62,864 nucleotides of DNA from a virus (Duplodnaviria > Heunggongvirae > Uroviricota > Caudoviricetes): positions 1 through 62,864 of IMG/VR virus record IMGVR_UViG_2645728048_000034; one strand, given 5' to 3'. Positions 1 through 10,603 of this stretch are shown here, piece by piece (position 1 is the stretch's first letter; the number at the start of each line of letters is the position of its first letter). The translations under genes and the position numbers were made by a program. Below the pieces are notes generated by a model. It was not told the origin of the DNA and searched no databases. It was given only the letters and a program-made list of their open reading frames with translations.

Positions 1-342
1 ATGATGAAAAAAAGTATTCTGGCGTTTCTGTTACTCACCAGTTCTGCAGCGGCGCTGGCTGCACCGCAGGTGATTACCGTCAGCCGTTTTGAAGTGGGTA
101 AAGACAAATGGGCGTTTAATCGCGAAGAGGTGATGCTGACTTGCCGACCGGGTAATGCTTTGTATGTCATCAACCCAAGTACCCTCGTGCAGTATCCTTT
201 AAACGATATCGCACAAAAGGAAGTTGCCAGTGGGAAGACTAAAGCCCAACCCATTTCGGTGATTCAGATTGATGATCCTAACAATCCCGGCGAAAAAATG
301 AGTCTGGCACCGTTTATAGAACGAGCTGAAAAACTCTGTTAA
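1..342 (+). CDS. yebY: YebY (DUF2511) periplasmic protein, chromosomal
   Basis: 113-aa ORF with N-terminal signal peptide; matches E. coli YebY from memory; precedes prophage integrase. Confidence 0.8.
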   Translation: MMKKSILAFLLLTSSAAALAAPQVITVSRFEVGKDKWAFNREEVMLTCRPGNALYVINPSTLVQYPLNDIAQKEVASGKTKAQPISVIQIDDPNNPGEKMSLAPFIERAEKLC

Positions 343-371
343 TTACCTAAAATAGCCTTTTGATTTCCAAT

Positions 372-414
372 AAAAAAACCGCCTCAGTTCTTTCACCAGA
401 ACGGGCGGTTTTTA
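372..414 (+). terminator. Rho-independent terminator after yebY
   Basis: A-run, GC stem (ccgcc...ggcgg), T-run; looks bidirectional. Confidence 0.55.
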
Positions 415-500
415 ACATTTCAGCTGATGACCACCACGCTTTTTATTGACCATTTTGCACGCAAACTGGAAAACCTGGCGTCGTCATCTATTCTTAAAGG

Positions 501-603
501 GCAAGGCAACTAAGCCTGCATTAATGCCAACTTTTAGCGCACGGCTCTCTCCCAAGAGCCATTTCCCTGGACCGAATACAGGAATCGTATTCGGTCTTTT
601 TTT
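501..603 (+). ncRNA. sdsR: SdsR/RyeB-like small RNA with intrinsic terminator
   Basis: gcaaggcaactaagcctgcattaatgccaacttttagcgcacggctctc... ending in hairpin accgaatacagga/atcgtattcggtc plus T-run; recalled similarity to enterobacterial SdsR; lies beside yebY as expected. Confidence 0.5.
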
Positions 604-734
604 AATTGTATTTAAAATCAATTAGTTGCAAACGTCTTCCCGAAATTCCCCGAAATTTACTCGAATTTCTGTATTCCGGTCTTTTTTGGTTATATCACAA
701 CCAAAATACATTTAACAATCCATTTACGTTAAAA
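604..734. other. Probable attL region with short direct repeats (cccgaaatt x2, ctcgaattt)
   Basis: Lies between sRNA terminator and integrase 3' end; repeats resemble arm-type Int sites; core not defined. Confidence 0.3.
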
Positions 735-1811
735 TCAGAGTAGTAAGTACGTTTTTTCTCTCTCATCAAGATACATTTTTGTTGTCTTCTCCGATGTGTG
801 GCCAAGTAGACGCTGAGCAAATTCTTCTCCACATGTTTCTTTGTACAATCGTCCAGCCAGACTTCTGATCTCGTGAAAAGTTGGTGGGTTTTCACTGAAC
901 TGGATACCTGTTAATTTTCTGGCTGCGACAAATTTTTTTGTCAGGCCATCCGGGTGAATGCTGCCGTCAGGGCTGTTTTTTCTAATCCCGGCACTGATTA
1001 GATAATCTCCCCGGCTTACCAGGCGGCACTGTTCAACTACTGTACCAAGCCGTAGACCAGCGACAGGAAGGCTGAGTGACAGGGGGATAGCAATCATCAT
1101 TCCTGTCTTAATTTGCCTGATGTGGAGACGATCATCATAAATATCACTAAAGCGCATATTCGTTATGTCTTCGCGACGTTGTCCTGTTACAAGGGCTAAA
1201 TCCATAGCTAATGGGAACCATGCCGGAAGTTGATCTGCTGCCTCCCTGATGCAGTTGTATGTCTTTAGTTTCAGTCGTTCTCTTGTAACTACTATTTTCG
1301 GTGCTCTTGTTGGCGTTACTGGATTTTGAGATATACGTCCATCAACAATGGCCTCACGAAACATATCAGACAACACAGAACGCATTGATCCTGCCATTGT
1401 GTTTTTCCCTCCTTCAATCCACAAATCAAGAAACTCGGCAATATGGCGAGTGGTTATTTCTGTCAGTAAAATTTCCCCCAATTTTTCTTTTATTGTCTCC
1501 AGTTGATTTACCCGAATTTTATAAGTATTTCTGGACACTTTTCTCCTTATAAGAATCGTTTTGTAACGTTCAATCCAGTCTGCCATAGTAAATGAGTCGA
1601 ACCCTTTAAGCTTTTCAATTAAGGCAGCAGGAGAGTAGTTTTTGTATATATAATGATTTGCTTCAATTGCCTGCGCTACTGCATCTCTTCTTGAAATTTT
1701 ACCTAGTGTAAATTCTTCTTTCGTCAGAGGGTTGCGCCAGTAATATGCTTTGTCCCTCCTTCGATATGTTAAGTTTTTAGGCAAATTGGGATCGTATTTT
1801 TTCCGCTGCAT
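735..1811 (-). CDS. int: Tyrosine recombinase (lambda-family integrase)
   Basis: 358 aa; R...HxxR...Y catalytic signature ([22 protein letters not shown]); first prophage gene next to chromosome. Confidence 0.85.
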   Translation of the reverse strand: MQRKKYDPNLPKNLTYRRRDKAYYWRNPLTKEEFTLGKISRRDAVAQAIEANHYIYKNYSPAALIEKLKGFDSFTMADWIERYKTILIRRKVSRNTYKIRVNQLETIKEKLGEILLTEITTRHIAEFLDLWIEGGKNTMAGSMRSVLSDMFREAIVDGRISQNPVTPTRAPKIVVTRERLKLKTYNCIREAADQLPAWFPLAMDLALVTGQRREDITNMRFSDIYDDRLHIRQIKTGMMIAIPLSLSLPVAGLRLGTVVEQCRLVSRGDYLISAGIRKNSPDGSIHPDGLTKKFVAARKLTGIQFSENPPTFHEIRSLAGRLYKETCGEEFAQRLLGHTSEKTTKMYLDEREKTYLLL

Positions 1812-2064
1812 GTTTTAACTTCTCCAGTAACGGACTGTCTCTCCCTTGTCGCCCATTAGGCTGATGGTGTGTTATATCGGTATCAACCTTATTTGGGTTG
1901 ATATAGAAAGCCTCCGGAACCACCCTGTAACTCCTCCCGTGTAGTTCAGGTGCAGGATAAATGTTTCCATTCCTTGCCCATCGTCTCAGCGTTGATATTG
2001 ATGGTGGGTTATCCGGATATCTGAGTTTTCCCCACGTTTTGAGTGTCACAAGATTCATTGCCAT
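1777..2064 (-). CDS. Excisionase-like protein (XisR/YdaQ-like)
   Basis: 95-aa ORF overlapping int start; typical int-xis arrangement; recalled similarity to Rac YdaQ. Confidence 0.55.
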   Translation of the reverse strand: MAMNLVTLKTWGKLRYPDNPPSISTLRRWARNGNIYPAPELHGRSYRVVPEAFYINPNKVDTDITHHQPNGRQGRDSPLLEKLKHAAEKIRSQFA

Positions 2065-2164
2065 ACCTCTTACGATATGACCGCCAGTAAATATACAGAA
2101 TACTGGCGGATGTGGTTGATTTTTAATAATCAGCTATGAAGTTCTAATTTGTATATAATGCAAC

Positions 2165-2365
2165 TCACGAGGACAGAAGTTTCTCGCAATTAAAATTTAT
2201 CAGCTTTACTTTCTGCTCTCTGGAAACGCCTGCTTCTTTTTTCCCTGAGAGCATTTTTTCGCATTCTGATTTCGTTAATTTAGATTTTGAATATCTTGTC
2301 CAGTTAGTAGGAGTGCCACCTTCCTTTTCAATAGTGGCAGTAATTTTATACATGAACACCTCCAT
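2165..2365 (-). CDS. YdaC-like small protein (DUF1187)
   Basis: Internal Met start chosen (MEVFMYKITAT...); Rac-like position upstream of lar; start uncertain. Confidence 0.4.
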   Translation of the reverse strand: MEVFMYKITATIEKEGGTPTNWTRYSKSKLTKSECEKMLSGKKEAGVSREQKVKLINFNCEKLLSS

Positions 2366-2540
2366 TATTATTTCCAGTAGTTCGTTTATTCCATCTTTCG
2401 AGTGCTTCTTTTTCACTTCCACCATAGCCAGTTCGGGATTCGCATCCGTTGCATTTTGCCCGGTAATATCCTGAAATTGCTTTCACCGTAACAGATGGAC
2501 AACCACAAAACGGACATGGTTTAACATCGTCATATCTCAT
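2346..2540 (-). CDS. lar: Restriction alleviation protein Lar
   Basis: MRYDDVKPCPFCGC...CNGCESRTG zinc-ribbon; 64 aa from internal Met; Rac gene order lar-recT-recE. Confidence 0.7.
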   Translation of the reverse strand: MRYDDVKPCPFCGCPSVTVKAISGYYRAKCNGCESRTGYGGSEKEALERWNKRTTGNNNGGVHV

Positions 2541-2596
2541 AATTTTTGTCATAAAAACTGTCTCACGTTGGCGGTGCATTACACCGCCAGGCTGAA

Positions 2597-3406
2597 TTAT
2601 TCTTCTGAATTATCGATTACACTGTATTCCCCGGTTAATACAGAGGAGTCTGCCGGATCGATTGTCAGTGGTTCCTTTTCATCCATTGATACTGCACGCT
2701 GGATTTCAATTGAGACAGGCAGGTATTTAAACAGGCGACGAATAGCCGTTTTTTTTGCCATTTCTTCCCAGTGAGTTACCCATGGCCCGTTATTACCAGC
2801 CTTACTCTGGCTGCGCACCAGTTCAATCTGTTTGCGCGTCATAACTTCAAACTGAGTCCCTCCGTCTTTCAGTCTTGCGACAGCATAGACGTGGGTCACT
2901 GGTGCATCTTCGTTTTCTCCCGGGCGGTGTATTAACTTTTCATCAAGGCCAAATTCAAAACTAAACTCGTCACCTTCACGGACAACACGGGCTGACAGGC
3001 TGGCGATTTGACCAGAACGGCGAGCCAGATCAATCATGCCGCGATAACCAATGATTAGCTGAACGTTCTTTTTACCGCTCTTTTCGTTTTTATTACCAAA
3101 AGGCAGTAAATATGCGTGGCCGAGGGCGCTACCTGGCTCAAGGCCGAGCTGTGAACACTGAACGATCGCACTGACAAAACTCATGGTGTCACAGTTTCCT
3201 AGCGCCGGAACCTTACGAATTTCTGTGGTGGCGATACGTATCATTCGTTCAGCCGTCATATGGCGTGGGAGAGCTGCTGCCAGTTGCTCTTTCATTGATG
3301 GCTGATTAATAAAGCTGATCACGTCGTTATTTTTTACTGCTGCTGGTGCACGGTTTCCCTGGGTTTTTTGCAGATCGGCTTTTGCGATAGGTGGTTGCTT
3401 AGTCAT
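2597..3406 (-). CDS. recT: Recombinase RecT (single-strand annealing protein)
   Basis: 269 aa from [17 protein letters not shown]...; recalled near-identity to E. coli RecT. Confidence 0.9.
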   Translation of the reverse strand: MTKQPPIAKADLQKTQGNRAPAAVKNNDVISFINQPSMKEQLAAALPRHMTAERMIRIATTEIRKVPALGNCDTMSFVSAIVQCSQLGLEPGSALGHAYLLPFGNKNEKSGKKNVQLIIGYRGMIDLARRSGQIASLSARVVREGDEFSFEFGLDEKLIHRPGENEDAPVTHVYAVARLKDGGTQFEVMTRKQIELVRSQSKAGNNGPWVTHWEEMAKKTAIRRLFKYLPVSIEIQRAVSMDEKEPLTIDPADSSVLTGEYSVIDNSEE

Positions 3407-6074
3407 TTGCATACTCCTTAGCCCAGCGGGGCAGTGATAACGTTTTAATAGCTGGCCATTCATCGGTATTCAGGCAGTCAGCCAGGGTCCTCAGATTGCG
3501 GTGATATTCCTGCTGGCCTGCCAGTTTTGCTTCTTCGCCCATCATGAAAATCTCAACCGGGTAACGTCCGCATTCAACAGTTGTGCTGGCAACCAGAAAA
3601 ACGAAAGTTGGCAGCACACCAAACTGTGCTTCATAACCGTCACTGTAGAATGCATCCTGAACGTGATAGCGGTAGTCGTAATAAGCCGTTTTGAATCGTT
3701 GAATATCCGCTGTGGTTTTCACGTCCATGATCCAGTGAAATTCAGGGATAATTTTGTCCGGACGGCACCGACACAAAATTCCTGTTTCAGGATCTTCCCA
3801 GTAAATTGATGATTCAGCGTGTCCGGCGCTTTCAACAAGCCATTGACCCAGCGGCAAAGCCATAACGCTCTGATACATGAGTTCAATTTTCCGGCCTTCT
3901 TCGGCAGTGATAACCGTTTTTCCTGTGCTTGCGCATTCCATCAGAAACGCTTTCTCCTCTTCTTTTCCGGCGGTTGTACGGCGGTTAAATTCAGGTGCCA
4001 CGATAAAGCGGTTACTGAATTCTTCCGGTTCAAGTACACGGCAGTGGAAAGCGGTTCCTAAATCGAGCGTTTTTGTCTTTGTGGTGTCCGCTGGGGCATT
4101 TTTACGCCACAAATACAGAGCCGGAGTATCAGCAATGTCGTCGAGCTGAGACTTACTGACACCGGGACCCGCGTGGTAATTCTCATTCGAAATTCCGTAA
4201 TAAATACCAGGCTCTATGTCTCCTGCGATTACGGGATCTGCGACTTCGCCAGTTTCATCACTGCAATCGCGATGCGGATCGCTGCCAGCATTCTCATTGT
4301 GCGGATGTTCAGGGCCTTCCATTTCCTCCGGATCTTTTTCCTGAGATTCATCCAGATTTTCTTCATTAAAGGTTTCCTGATATGTGGTGTCGCCCATCAC
4401 CGCGCCACAATCAGGGCAGTTGCCGCCACCGCTCTGACCGCGGGCGGCACAGACTTTTTCCGGTTCCTGTTGCGCTACTGGTTCAGATTGTTTCGTTTCT
4501 GGCTCATTTTTCTGTGCATTTTGGCTGTTTTGTTCCGCTTTCTGGTTGTTTTGTTCCGATTTGGGCTGGTTCTGGTTCACAGAATCTCGGGTTTCAATTC
4601 CCTTAACCCATTTCGGATCATTCGGGTCGCTAATCCCTTCAACAAATTCTCCGCGAGAGGCAGCCAGTAATTTGTCTGCATCGACAGGATTTTTGGGCGG
4701 AATGTTTTTCCGGGCTTCATAGAGTTCTGCCCGCAGTTTCTGATATTTCGCATCAACAGAATTTACCTGTGACTGAGCATCCAGCGGCTGCGTGTCCTGA
4801 TGATGTTCAGTTGCATCCGGTTCCACTGTTTCAGCCGTTGCCTGTTCATCTGCCATTGCGCAAGATGGTTGCAGTTTTTCTTCATCATCCTGTTTTTCTT
4901 CTTCTGTTACACGCTGCGGCATCGGGGCAGAGGAACGACCGCAGGCAATATCCACGATTTCTGGATCAGGGTTGGCATGATCAGTTTCAGTCAGTACTTT
5001 GTTAAGATATTCAGTGACGTGTGCGGGGATAACCTCGATCCCAATTGGTGCTTCTTTTACGGACGCAACCACGATGGCGCGGGAATAATCCAGCCCGCCA
5101 GGCATGGTGATGAATTTGTCGCGGAAAACAGAAAAGGGCGGTTTATTTTCAGCGATAATTTCCTCGACACGTTTAGCGTGTGCCGGATGAAGGTTATAAA
5201 TGTCCACGTCCATTGAACGAGCCAGTACGCCAGTGGCTACGTCGCGCGCCAGTGACGTCAGATCGTGAATGAAACCTTCGCCGCGATCGGTGAGGTTCCC
5301 GCCGCCAGCATTAGCGCCGGAAGCCGTGCGCGTGATGCGTGAAACACGGTTTCCTTTCATCCACTCTTTTGTCAGCAGACCGCGATCGGTGTAGTCTGCG
5401 TCCAGGTATGCTTCGAAAAAAGCAGTCATCAGCCCCAGGCTTGAATTGCCTGGATTAGGGAAAACTCTGTCAGTATCACGCACCAGTTTGTGGAGATCGC
5501 GAATTTCCAGCGGGTCGAGCAGGCTGGTTTTGTGGGAAACAGCCAGGGCAGTAACAGCTGGTAGTTCTTCAGCTCGTGCAATGTGTAATGCCTGTAGTTC
5601 GTTGCGTGAAACGTGCGTTACCGGTTTTTCGCTGCCGTGTTGAGCAAGCCAGCGAATGGGCAGCTCCTGACCGGAAATCGGGAGTAGCATATTCTCCTCA
5701 ATCTCCGTCATGTCTTCGCCATTAACATTGGTATTGTCAGTGCTGGCTGGCTTGTCCTGCGCAGAGGATGAGGGCGCGATAAATACCATTGTGATGCCAT
5801 CTTCCCCGCCTTTTTCGTAACGGTTGCAGAATTCCGTATCAAATACGCCTTCTGGTGGAAGGTCATCAACAACGGGCAAATTGACGCGAACAGGTTTTTT
5901 AAAGTCATCTTCATCGTAGCCAGCATCGTCAATCGCAACAGCACCACGGGAGATGGCAATGGATAATTTTTTCGCTTCAGCCCAGTAGAAACCGCCTTTA
6001 ATACCGAGACGTTTTCTTACTTTGTCATTTTTTGCTTCGTAATACAGTGGGTAAACTTGTTTATCGGTGCTCAT
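3399..6074 (-). CDS. recE: Exodeoxyribonuclease VIII RecE
   Basis: 891 aa; C-terminal exonuclease domain ([14 protein letters not shown]...[17 protein letters not shown]); overlaps recT start. Confidence 0.9.
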   Translation of the reverse strand: MSTDKQVYPLYYEAKNDKVRKRLGIKGGFYWAEAKKLSIAISRGAVAIDDAGYDEDDFKKPVRVNLPVVDDLPPEGVFDTEFCNRYEKGGEDGITMVFIAPSSSAQDKPASTDNTNVNGEDMTEIEENMLLPISGQELPIRWLAQHGSEKPVTHVSRNELQALHIARAEELPAVTALAVSHKTSLLDPLEIRDLHKLVRDTDRVFPNPGNSSLGLMTAFFEAYLDADYTDRGLLTKEWMKGNRVSRITRTASGANAGGGNLTDRGEGFIHDLTSLARDVATGVLARSMDVDIYNLHPAHAKRVEEIIAENKPPFSVFRDKFITMPGGLDYSRAIVVASVKEAPIGIEVIPAHVTEYLNKVLTETDHANPDPEIVDIACGRSSAPMPQRVTEEEKQDDEEKLQPSCAMADEQATAETVEPDATEHHQDTQPLDAQSQVNSVDAKYQKLRAELYEARKNIPPKNPVDADKLLAASRGEFVEGISDPNDPKWVKGIETRDSVNQNQPKSEQNNQKAEQNSQNAQKNEPETKQSEPVAQQEPEKVCAARGQSGGGNCPDCGAVMGDTTYQETFNEENLDESQEKDPEEMEGPEHPHNENAGSDPHRDCSDETGEVADPVIAGDIEPGIYYGISNENYHAGPGVSKSQLDDIADTPALYLWRKNAPADTTKTKTLDLGTAFHCRVLEPEEFSNRFIVAPEFNRRTTAGKEEEKAFLMECASTGKTVITAEEGRKIELMYQSVMALPLGQWLVESAGHAESSIYWEDPETGILCRCRPDKIIPEFHWIMDVKTTADIQRFKTAYYDYRYHVQDAFYSDGYEAQFGVLPTFVFLVASTTVECGRYPVEIFMMGEEAKLAGQQEYHRNLRTLADCLNTDEWPAIKTLSLPRWAKEYAND

Positions 6075-6173
6075 TGCTTTTTAACCTCAACTCAGATTAA
6101 AATTAATGCGAGTGATGAATAAATGTCCCAGGTTCTTCACTCAGGCCTGCACAGTGTGCAGGCTTTCTTTTTT

Positions 6174-6449
6174 TCAGATTTCACCTTTTAATTTCATTGC
6201 AATCAGAGTTGCCAGAAATTCGGCTTTTTTTTCTGCGGGCAGATTCTTTCCTATGTGCACCAGACACATTTTTTTAACACCATCGTTAAGTGTTTTAACG
6301 TTGCCTGATGGACCGTCGATATCAACCACAGTGAATGGGGTTTCTTTATTTTCTGTCTTAATCACGTAGCCAATACGCTTTCCTTCCAGGGTAACTTCGT
6401 GAACAATGTCATCAGTAGTAACAACAGTGGCTTCATAACTGGTAATCAT
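6174..6449 (-). CDS. racC: RacC protein
   Basis: 91 aa from MITSYEATVVTTDDIVHE...; Rac position after recE. Confidence 0.7.
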   Translation of the reverse strand: MITSYEATVVTTDDIVHEVTLEGKRIGYVIKTENKETPFTVVDIDGPSGNVKTLNDGVKKMCLVHIGKNLPAEKKAEFLATLIAMKLKGEI

Positions 6450-6523
6450 GTTTTTCTCCTTAATTAAGGTTGAGCGAATCCCTGCCATTGCTGGCATAAA
6501 TTCAGTTTCGGATAGTCAGTTAA

Positions 6524-6694
6524 TTAAAGTTCGTGTGCCATCTGGTCTTTTTCGGCACAGATTTCACTACAATATTTTTTCATTTCCGTCGTTGGTATAA
6601 CTCCACGCATGAAATGAAGTGGTCTTGTAATGATTTTGCTTTCTTCAATTTCTTTATTGCAAAGGTGATAAGCACATTTTATTTTCTTAGTCAT
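6524..6694 (-). CDS. ydaE: YdaE-like zinc-binding protein (56 aa)
   Basis: Sub-threshold ORF read by hand: [18 protein letters not shown]...KYCSEICAEKDQMAHEL; start overlaps kilR stop. Confidence 0.5.
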   Translation of the reverse strand: MTKKIKCAYHLCNKEIEESKIITRPLHFMRGVIPTTEMKKYCSEICAEKDQMAHEL

Positions 6695-6915
6695 TACCAT
6701 GACTCCGCCTTTACAGGTAAACCATCACGACCGAGGAAGACTTTAATCATGCAGTCAGAAATGCATGTTTTTGTAGTCAGGCTACGAATATAAAGTTTTC
6801 GCTTTTTAATATTGTTTGCCGAGGCGATATATGTCCGACCTTCATGAAGAACATAATCGCCAGGGGTCACACACTGACGTGGTATTTCATCAGTTCCGAA
6901 GTGATGAGCAATCAT
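6694..6915 (-). CDS. kilR: KilR-like cell division inhibitor
   Basis: 73 aa from [15 protein letters not shown]...; Rac gene order racC-ydaE-kilR. Confidence 0.65.
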   Translation of the reverse strand: MIAHHFGTDEIPRQCVTPGDYVLHEGRTYIASANNIKKRKLYIRSLTTKTCISDCMIKVFLGRDGLPVKAESW

Positions 6916-7323
6916 AATTATCTCCATTTTTACAAATGAATTTTGTCGATGCGGTGCCTGGTGCCTCCAGGTGACGTTAACCAGTTAACAATTAACGCCG
7001 GATAATCCACCCATAACACTGATGCTTTTAACTGTGCCGCGTGCGCTTAGCCGCATTCACCGCATCACAAAATTCACTTTAAAAAGGGGCGGCAGGGCAG
7101 CCACGGAGTAGAACTGATGCCGCCAAAGACTACACATAGCAATGTCGTTATTTACAACCGGAGGCGCACTCCCACCATTTAAATTTAACAGACAAGACCG
7201 ACTCTTTATGGATATCGGAAATGCGCCTTCGTGTTGTGCCCGGTTTTATTTCACCACCTCCGGGCTTTGGTGGTTTCTGCTATACCCCTACAGCGAGAAT
7301 ATTGAATTAATCCAAATAATGGA

Positions 7324-7476
7324 TTAGCAAGTATTTCTGGCAAGCCAGCGACGTGCGCCAGCTTCGGTTTTAAACGTTTTGCTTTTGGTATACGTCATGG
7401 CGGTGAATGTGCCGTCCTGATTGGGAAACACGCCACATACCAGAGATTCGTTGTTGCCAAGATCGATAGTATCCAT
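7324..7476 (-). CDS. YdaF-like protein (DUF1391)
   Basis: 50 aa from MDTIDLGNNESLVCGVFPNQDG...; internal start of 71-aa ORF. Confidence 0.45.
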   Translation of the reverse strand: MDTIDLGNNESLVCGVFPNQDGTFTAMTYTKSKTFKTEAGARRWLARNTC

Positions 7477-7725
7477 GTTGACCTCATTTCCCCTTAACGC
7501 CGGGTGGCGGAACGTTTTATCTACTGCGCTTTGTATCAATCAACAACTGCCGTCATGTTCGTATGCCTCAGGCTGGCTACTTAGCCCTGTTCAGTGGCTG
7601 GATAACTCGAGGTATTGTCCTGCCGTTCTCTGGTGGGGCGTTGTTTGGATATGCTTATTAAACACAATACGTTTTCTTGTGTCAACACGGAATGTGTTTT
7701 GTGGTGGGTGTCATATGATGATGGT

Positions 7726-7750
7726 ACAAAAAAGCCCGCTGATAGCGGGC
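7726..7750 (-). terminator. Rho-independent terminator downstream of repressor gene
   Basis: Minus strand reads gcccgctatcagcgggc followed by T-run. Confidence 0.55.
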
Positions 7751-7781
7751 TGATTGGCATATTACTGTGATAGCAAGATCA

Positions 7782-8201
7782 TTACTCCGGTGGGGGATTA
7801 TCTTTAAGCCTGCCTCTCAAATATTTTTCTACATACTCATCGATTTCTTTTAGCCGGACTTCAAATAGCTCAATCATTCGTTGTTGTTCTGAGCCCGGTA
7901 GCTGGTTAAACAACTCAAGAAGTTTTCGTTGGGATTCATTTAACCACAATTCAGAAGATTCCTGTTCTCCAAAGAGGAGCTCAGGAGGAGATATGCCAAG
8001 TGCCTTTCCCAATATGACAGCGTCATGCACTCCAACATTTCTGCTGCCCGCCTCATAGTTACCTATACGCGATTGCGTCCATCCGCAGATTTCAGCAAGT
8101 TTTCCTTGAGATAAACCAAGCTTCTGCCTGCGCTCTTTAAGACGCATTGCAATTTTGTCATTGAGCCTACTAGCGGCAATTTTTTCGTTTTCTTTTTCCA
8201 T
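7782..8201 (-). CDS. Prophage repressor, XRE-family HTH (CI/RacR-like)
   Basis: 139 aa; HTH LGLSQGKLAEICGWTQSRIGNYEAG; divergent from cro-like gene. Confidence 0.7.
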   Translation of the reverse strand: MEKENEKIAASRLNDKIAMRLKERRQKLGLSQGKLAEICGWTQSRIGNYEAGSRNVGVHDAVILGKALGISPPELLFGEQESSELWLNESQRKLLELFNQLPGSEQQRMIELFEVRLKEIDEYVEKYLRGRLKDNPPPE

Positions 8202-8212
8202 TGCATCCTTGT

Positions 8213-8227
8213 ATCACGAATCGTGAT
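8213..8227. promoter_or_regulatory. Candidate operator: perfect 15-bp palindrome atcacgaatcgtgat in divergent promoter region
   Basis: Seen directly between repressor and cro-like genes; -35-like ttgacc about 20 bp downstream. Confidence 0.4.
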
Positions 8228-8297
8228 TTACATAAAACACAAAATAGCTTGACCATATAACACAAGGTGTGTTTAAAATTGTCATCGGAGGTTTTCA

Positions 8298-8540
8298 ATG
8301 AACAAAATTTCAACATATCGAAAACAGCTTGGGCTGTCTCAAAGACAACTTGCTGTTCAGTTAGGGTGGATACAAAGCCGACTGGCAAATTACGAAGCAA
8401 ATTTTCGTACCCCTGGACTAGAGGAGTGCAGAAAAATTGTTTCTACCCTTAATCGGCTTGGCGCTCATTGTGGACTTGACGATGTATTCCCCCCAGACGG
8501 TAAGCATAGCGAAAACAGCATAGGAGCGGTTGATTCATGA
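8298..8540 (+). CDS. Cro/YdaS-like HTH regulator
   Basis: 80 aa; HTH LGLSQRQLAVQLGWIQSRLANYEA; divergent from repressor. Confidence 0.65.
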   Translation: MNKISTYRKQLGLSQRQLAVQLGWIQSRLANYEANFRTPGLEECRKIVSTLNRLGAHCGLDDVFPPDGKHSENSIGAVDS

Positions 8541-8962
8541 AAATCAGGCATAAGCACATCGAATCAGTGTTGTTAGCCCTGGCAGCCGAAAAAGGGCAGG
8601 CGTGGGTCGCTAACGCAATTACTGAAGAATATCTGCGCCAGGGGGGGGGCGGCGAATTGCCCCTTGTACCAGGCAAGGACTGGAACAATCAGCAGAATAT
8701 CTATCACCGTTGGTTGAAAGGTGAAACGAAAGCGCAAAGGGAAAAAATTCAGAAACTGATCCCTGCGGTTCTGGCAATTCTTCCGCGCGAGCTGCGTCAC
8801 CGACTCTGCATCTTCGATACCCTGGAACGCCGTGCATTACTGGCGGCGCAGGAAGCGTTGAGTACGGCAATTGATGCGCATGATGATGCAGTCCAGGCCG
8901 TTTACCGGAAAGCACATTTCAGCGGTGGTGGGTCGCCCGGCGATTCTGTCGTAGTGCATTGA
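8537..8962 (+). CDS. YdaT-like protein (CII-like regulator)
   Basis: 141 aa; recalled similarity to Rac YdaT; contains a G9 homopolymer in frame. Confidence 0.55.
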   Translation: MKIRHKHIESVLLALAAEKGQAWVANAITEEYLRQGGGGELPLVPGKDWNNQQNIYHRWLKGETKAQREKIQKLIPAVLAILPRELRHRLCIFDTLERRALLAAQEALSTAIDAHDDAVQAVYRKAHFSGGGSPGDSVVVH

Positions 8963-9039
8963 TTGAAATTAATCGTGCCGGATTGTTTTGTTCGGTATCA
9001 GTTAAATGTAACGACGCGAGCGTTACAAGGTGAAAACAA

Positions 9040-9828
9040 ATGGCTTCAAACTGGATAAAGCTCGAGGTTATTACGCCGGATAAGCCGGAAATATTCAGGC
9101 TTGCTGAGATTCTGAATATTGATCCAGATGCCGCATTAGGGAAGGTTATTCGCTTCTGGGCATGGGCGGATCAACAAATGATAGACGGTAATGCAGATTG
9201 TAACGCTCGCGGCGTTACAAAAAGTGCAATAGATCGCATCACTTTTATGGCTGGTTTTGCTGATGCGTTAATTCAGGTTGGATGGCTGGTCGAAAATGAC
9301 GTTGGGCTTTCTCTACCTAACTTTGAACGTCATAACGGAAAAAGCTCAAAAAAACGGGCGGTTACAAACGAGCGAGTTACAAAAATACGCGAACTGAAAC
9401 GAAAAGGTAACGCTGCCAGCGTTACACAAACGGATCAAAAAGCGTTACCAGAGGAAGAGGAAGAGGAAGATCTAAATACTGATCTCCCCCTAAATCCCCC
9501 TCGCCAAAAACGAGCGTCTAAAAAATTCGAGCCGGAGGCTATTGAGCTGCCCGATTGGTTGCCGGAAACACTCTGGCATGAGTGGGTCCGGTTCAGACAG
9601 GCATTGCGAAAACCGATTCGAACGGAGCAGGGCGCTAACGGGGCGATACGGGAACTGGAAAAATTCCGTCAGCAGGGTTTTACACCTGAGCAGGTGATTC
9701 GACACAGCATCGCCAATGAATACCAGGGCCTGTTCGCGCCGAAAGGTGTTCGGCCTGAGACGTTGCTCCGACAGGTTAACACCGTCTCGTTGCCGGACAG
9801 TGCGATCCCGCCAGGCTTCAGGGGGTAA
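9040..9828 (+). CDS. YdaU-like replication initiation protein (DUF1376)
   Basis: 262 aa; position before DnaC-like loader; acidic linker EEEEEED. Confidence 0.55.
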   Translation: MASNWIKLEVITPDKPEIFRLAEILNIDPDAALGKVIRFWAWADQQMIDGNADCNARGVTKSAIDRITFMAGFADALIQVGWLVENDVGLSLPNFERHNGKSSKKRAVTNERVTKIRELKRKGNAASVTQTDQKALPEEEEEEDLNTDLPLNPPRQKRASKKFEPEAIELPDWLPETLWHEWVRFRQALRKPIRTEQGANGAIRELEKFRQQGFTPEQVIRHSIANEYQGLFAPKGVRPETLLRQVNTVSLPDSAIPPGFRG

Positions 9829-9834
9829 CAGACC

Positions 9835-10581
9835 ATGAAAAATATTGCGACAGGAGGCGTTCTGGAGCGTATCCGCAGACTGACCCCACCACATGTAACC
9901 GCCCCATTCAGAACGGTTGCGGAGTGGCGTGAGTGGCAACTTGCTGAAGGCCAGAAACGTTGCGAGGAGATCAACCGCCTGAATCGTCAGTTGCGGGTGG
10001 AAAAAATTCTGAATCGCTCTGGCATCCAGCCGTTGCACCGTAAATGCTCGTTTGCGAATTACCAGGTGCTGAACGACGGCCAGCGATACGCGTTAAGCCA
10101 GGCGAAATCCATCGCCGATGAACTGATGACCGGGTGTACAAATTTTGCGTTCAGCGGAAAACCTGGTACCGGGAAGAATCACTTAGCGGCAGCTATAGGG
10201 AATCGCCTGCTGAAAGACGGTCAGACAGTGATTGTGGTTACCGTGGCTGATGTTATGAGCGCCCTGCACGCCAGCTATGACGACGGGCAGTCAGGCGAAA
10301 AATTTTTGCGGGAGCTGTGCGAAGTGGATCTGCTGGTTCTTGATGAAATTGGCATTCAGCGCGAGACGAAAAACGAGCAGGTGGTGCTGCACCAGATTGT
10401 TGATCGCCGGACAGCGTCGATGCGCAGCGTGGGGATGCTGACAAACCTGAACTATGAGGCCATGAAAACATTGCTCGGCGAGCGGATTATGGATCGCATG
10501 ACCATGAACGGAGGGCGATGGGTGAATTTTAACTGGGAGAGCTGGCGTCCGAATGTTGGTCAGCCAGGAATTGAGAAGTAA
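9835..10581 (+). CDS. DnaC/IstB-like AAA+ helicase loader (YdaV-like)
   Basis: Walker [10 protein letters not shown], Walker B LLVLDEIG. Confidence 0.8.
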   Translation: MKNIATGGVLERIRRLTPPHVTAPFRTVAEWREWQLAEGQKRCEEINRLNRQLRVEKILNRSGIQPLHRKCSFANYQVLNDGQRYALSQAKSIADELMTGCTNFAFSGKPGTGKNHLAAAIGNRLLKDGQTVIVVTVADVMSALHASYDDGQSGEKFLRELCEVDLLVLDEIGIQRETKNEQVVLHQIVDRRTASMRSVGMLTNLNYEAMKTLLGERIMDRMTMNGGRWVNFNWESWRPNVGQPGIEK

Positions 10582-10603
10582 TTTTTACCGGGAGGAAGTT
10601 TTA

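Noticed and set aside
3501-5216. Several 60-165 aa ORFs on the + strand inside recE
   Set aside because: Antisense to a confidently identified long gene; low-complexity translations; no RBS context.
7421-7753. 110-aa + strand ORF that could be taken for sieB
   Set aside because: Overlaps ydaF-like gene on the opposite strand; sequence is not membrane-protein-like and does not resemble SieB.
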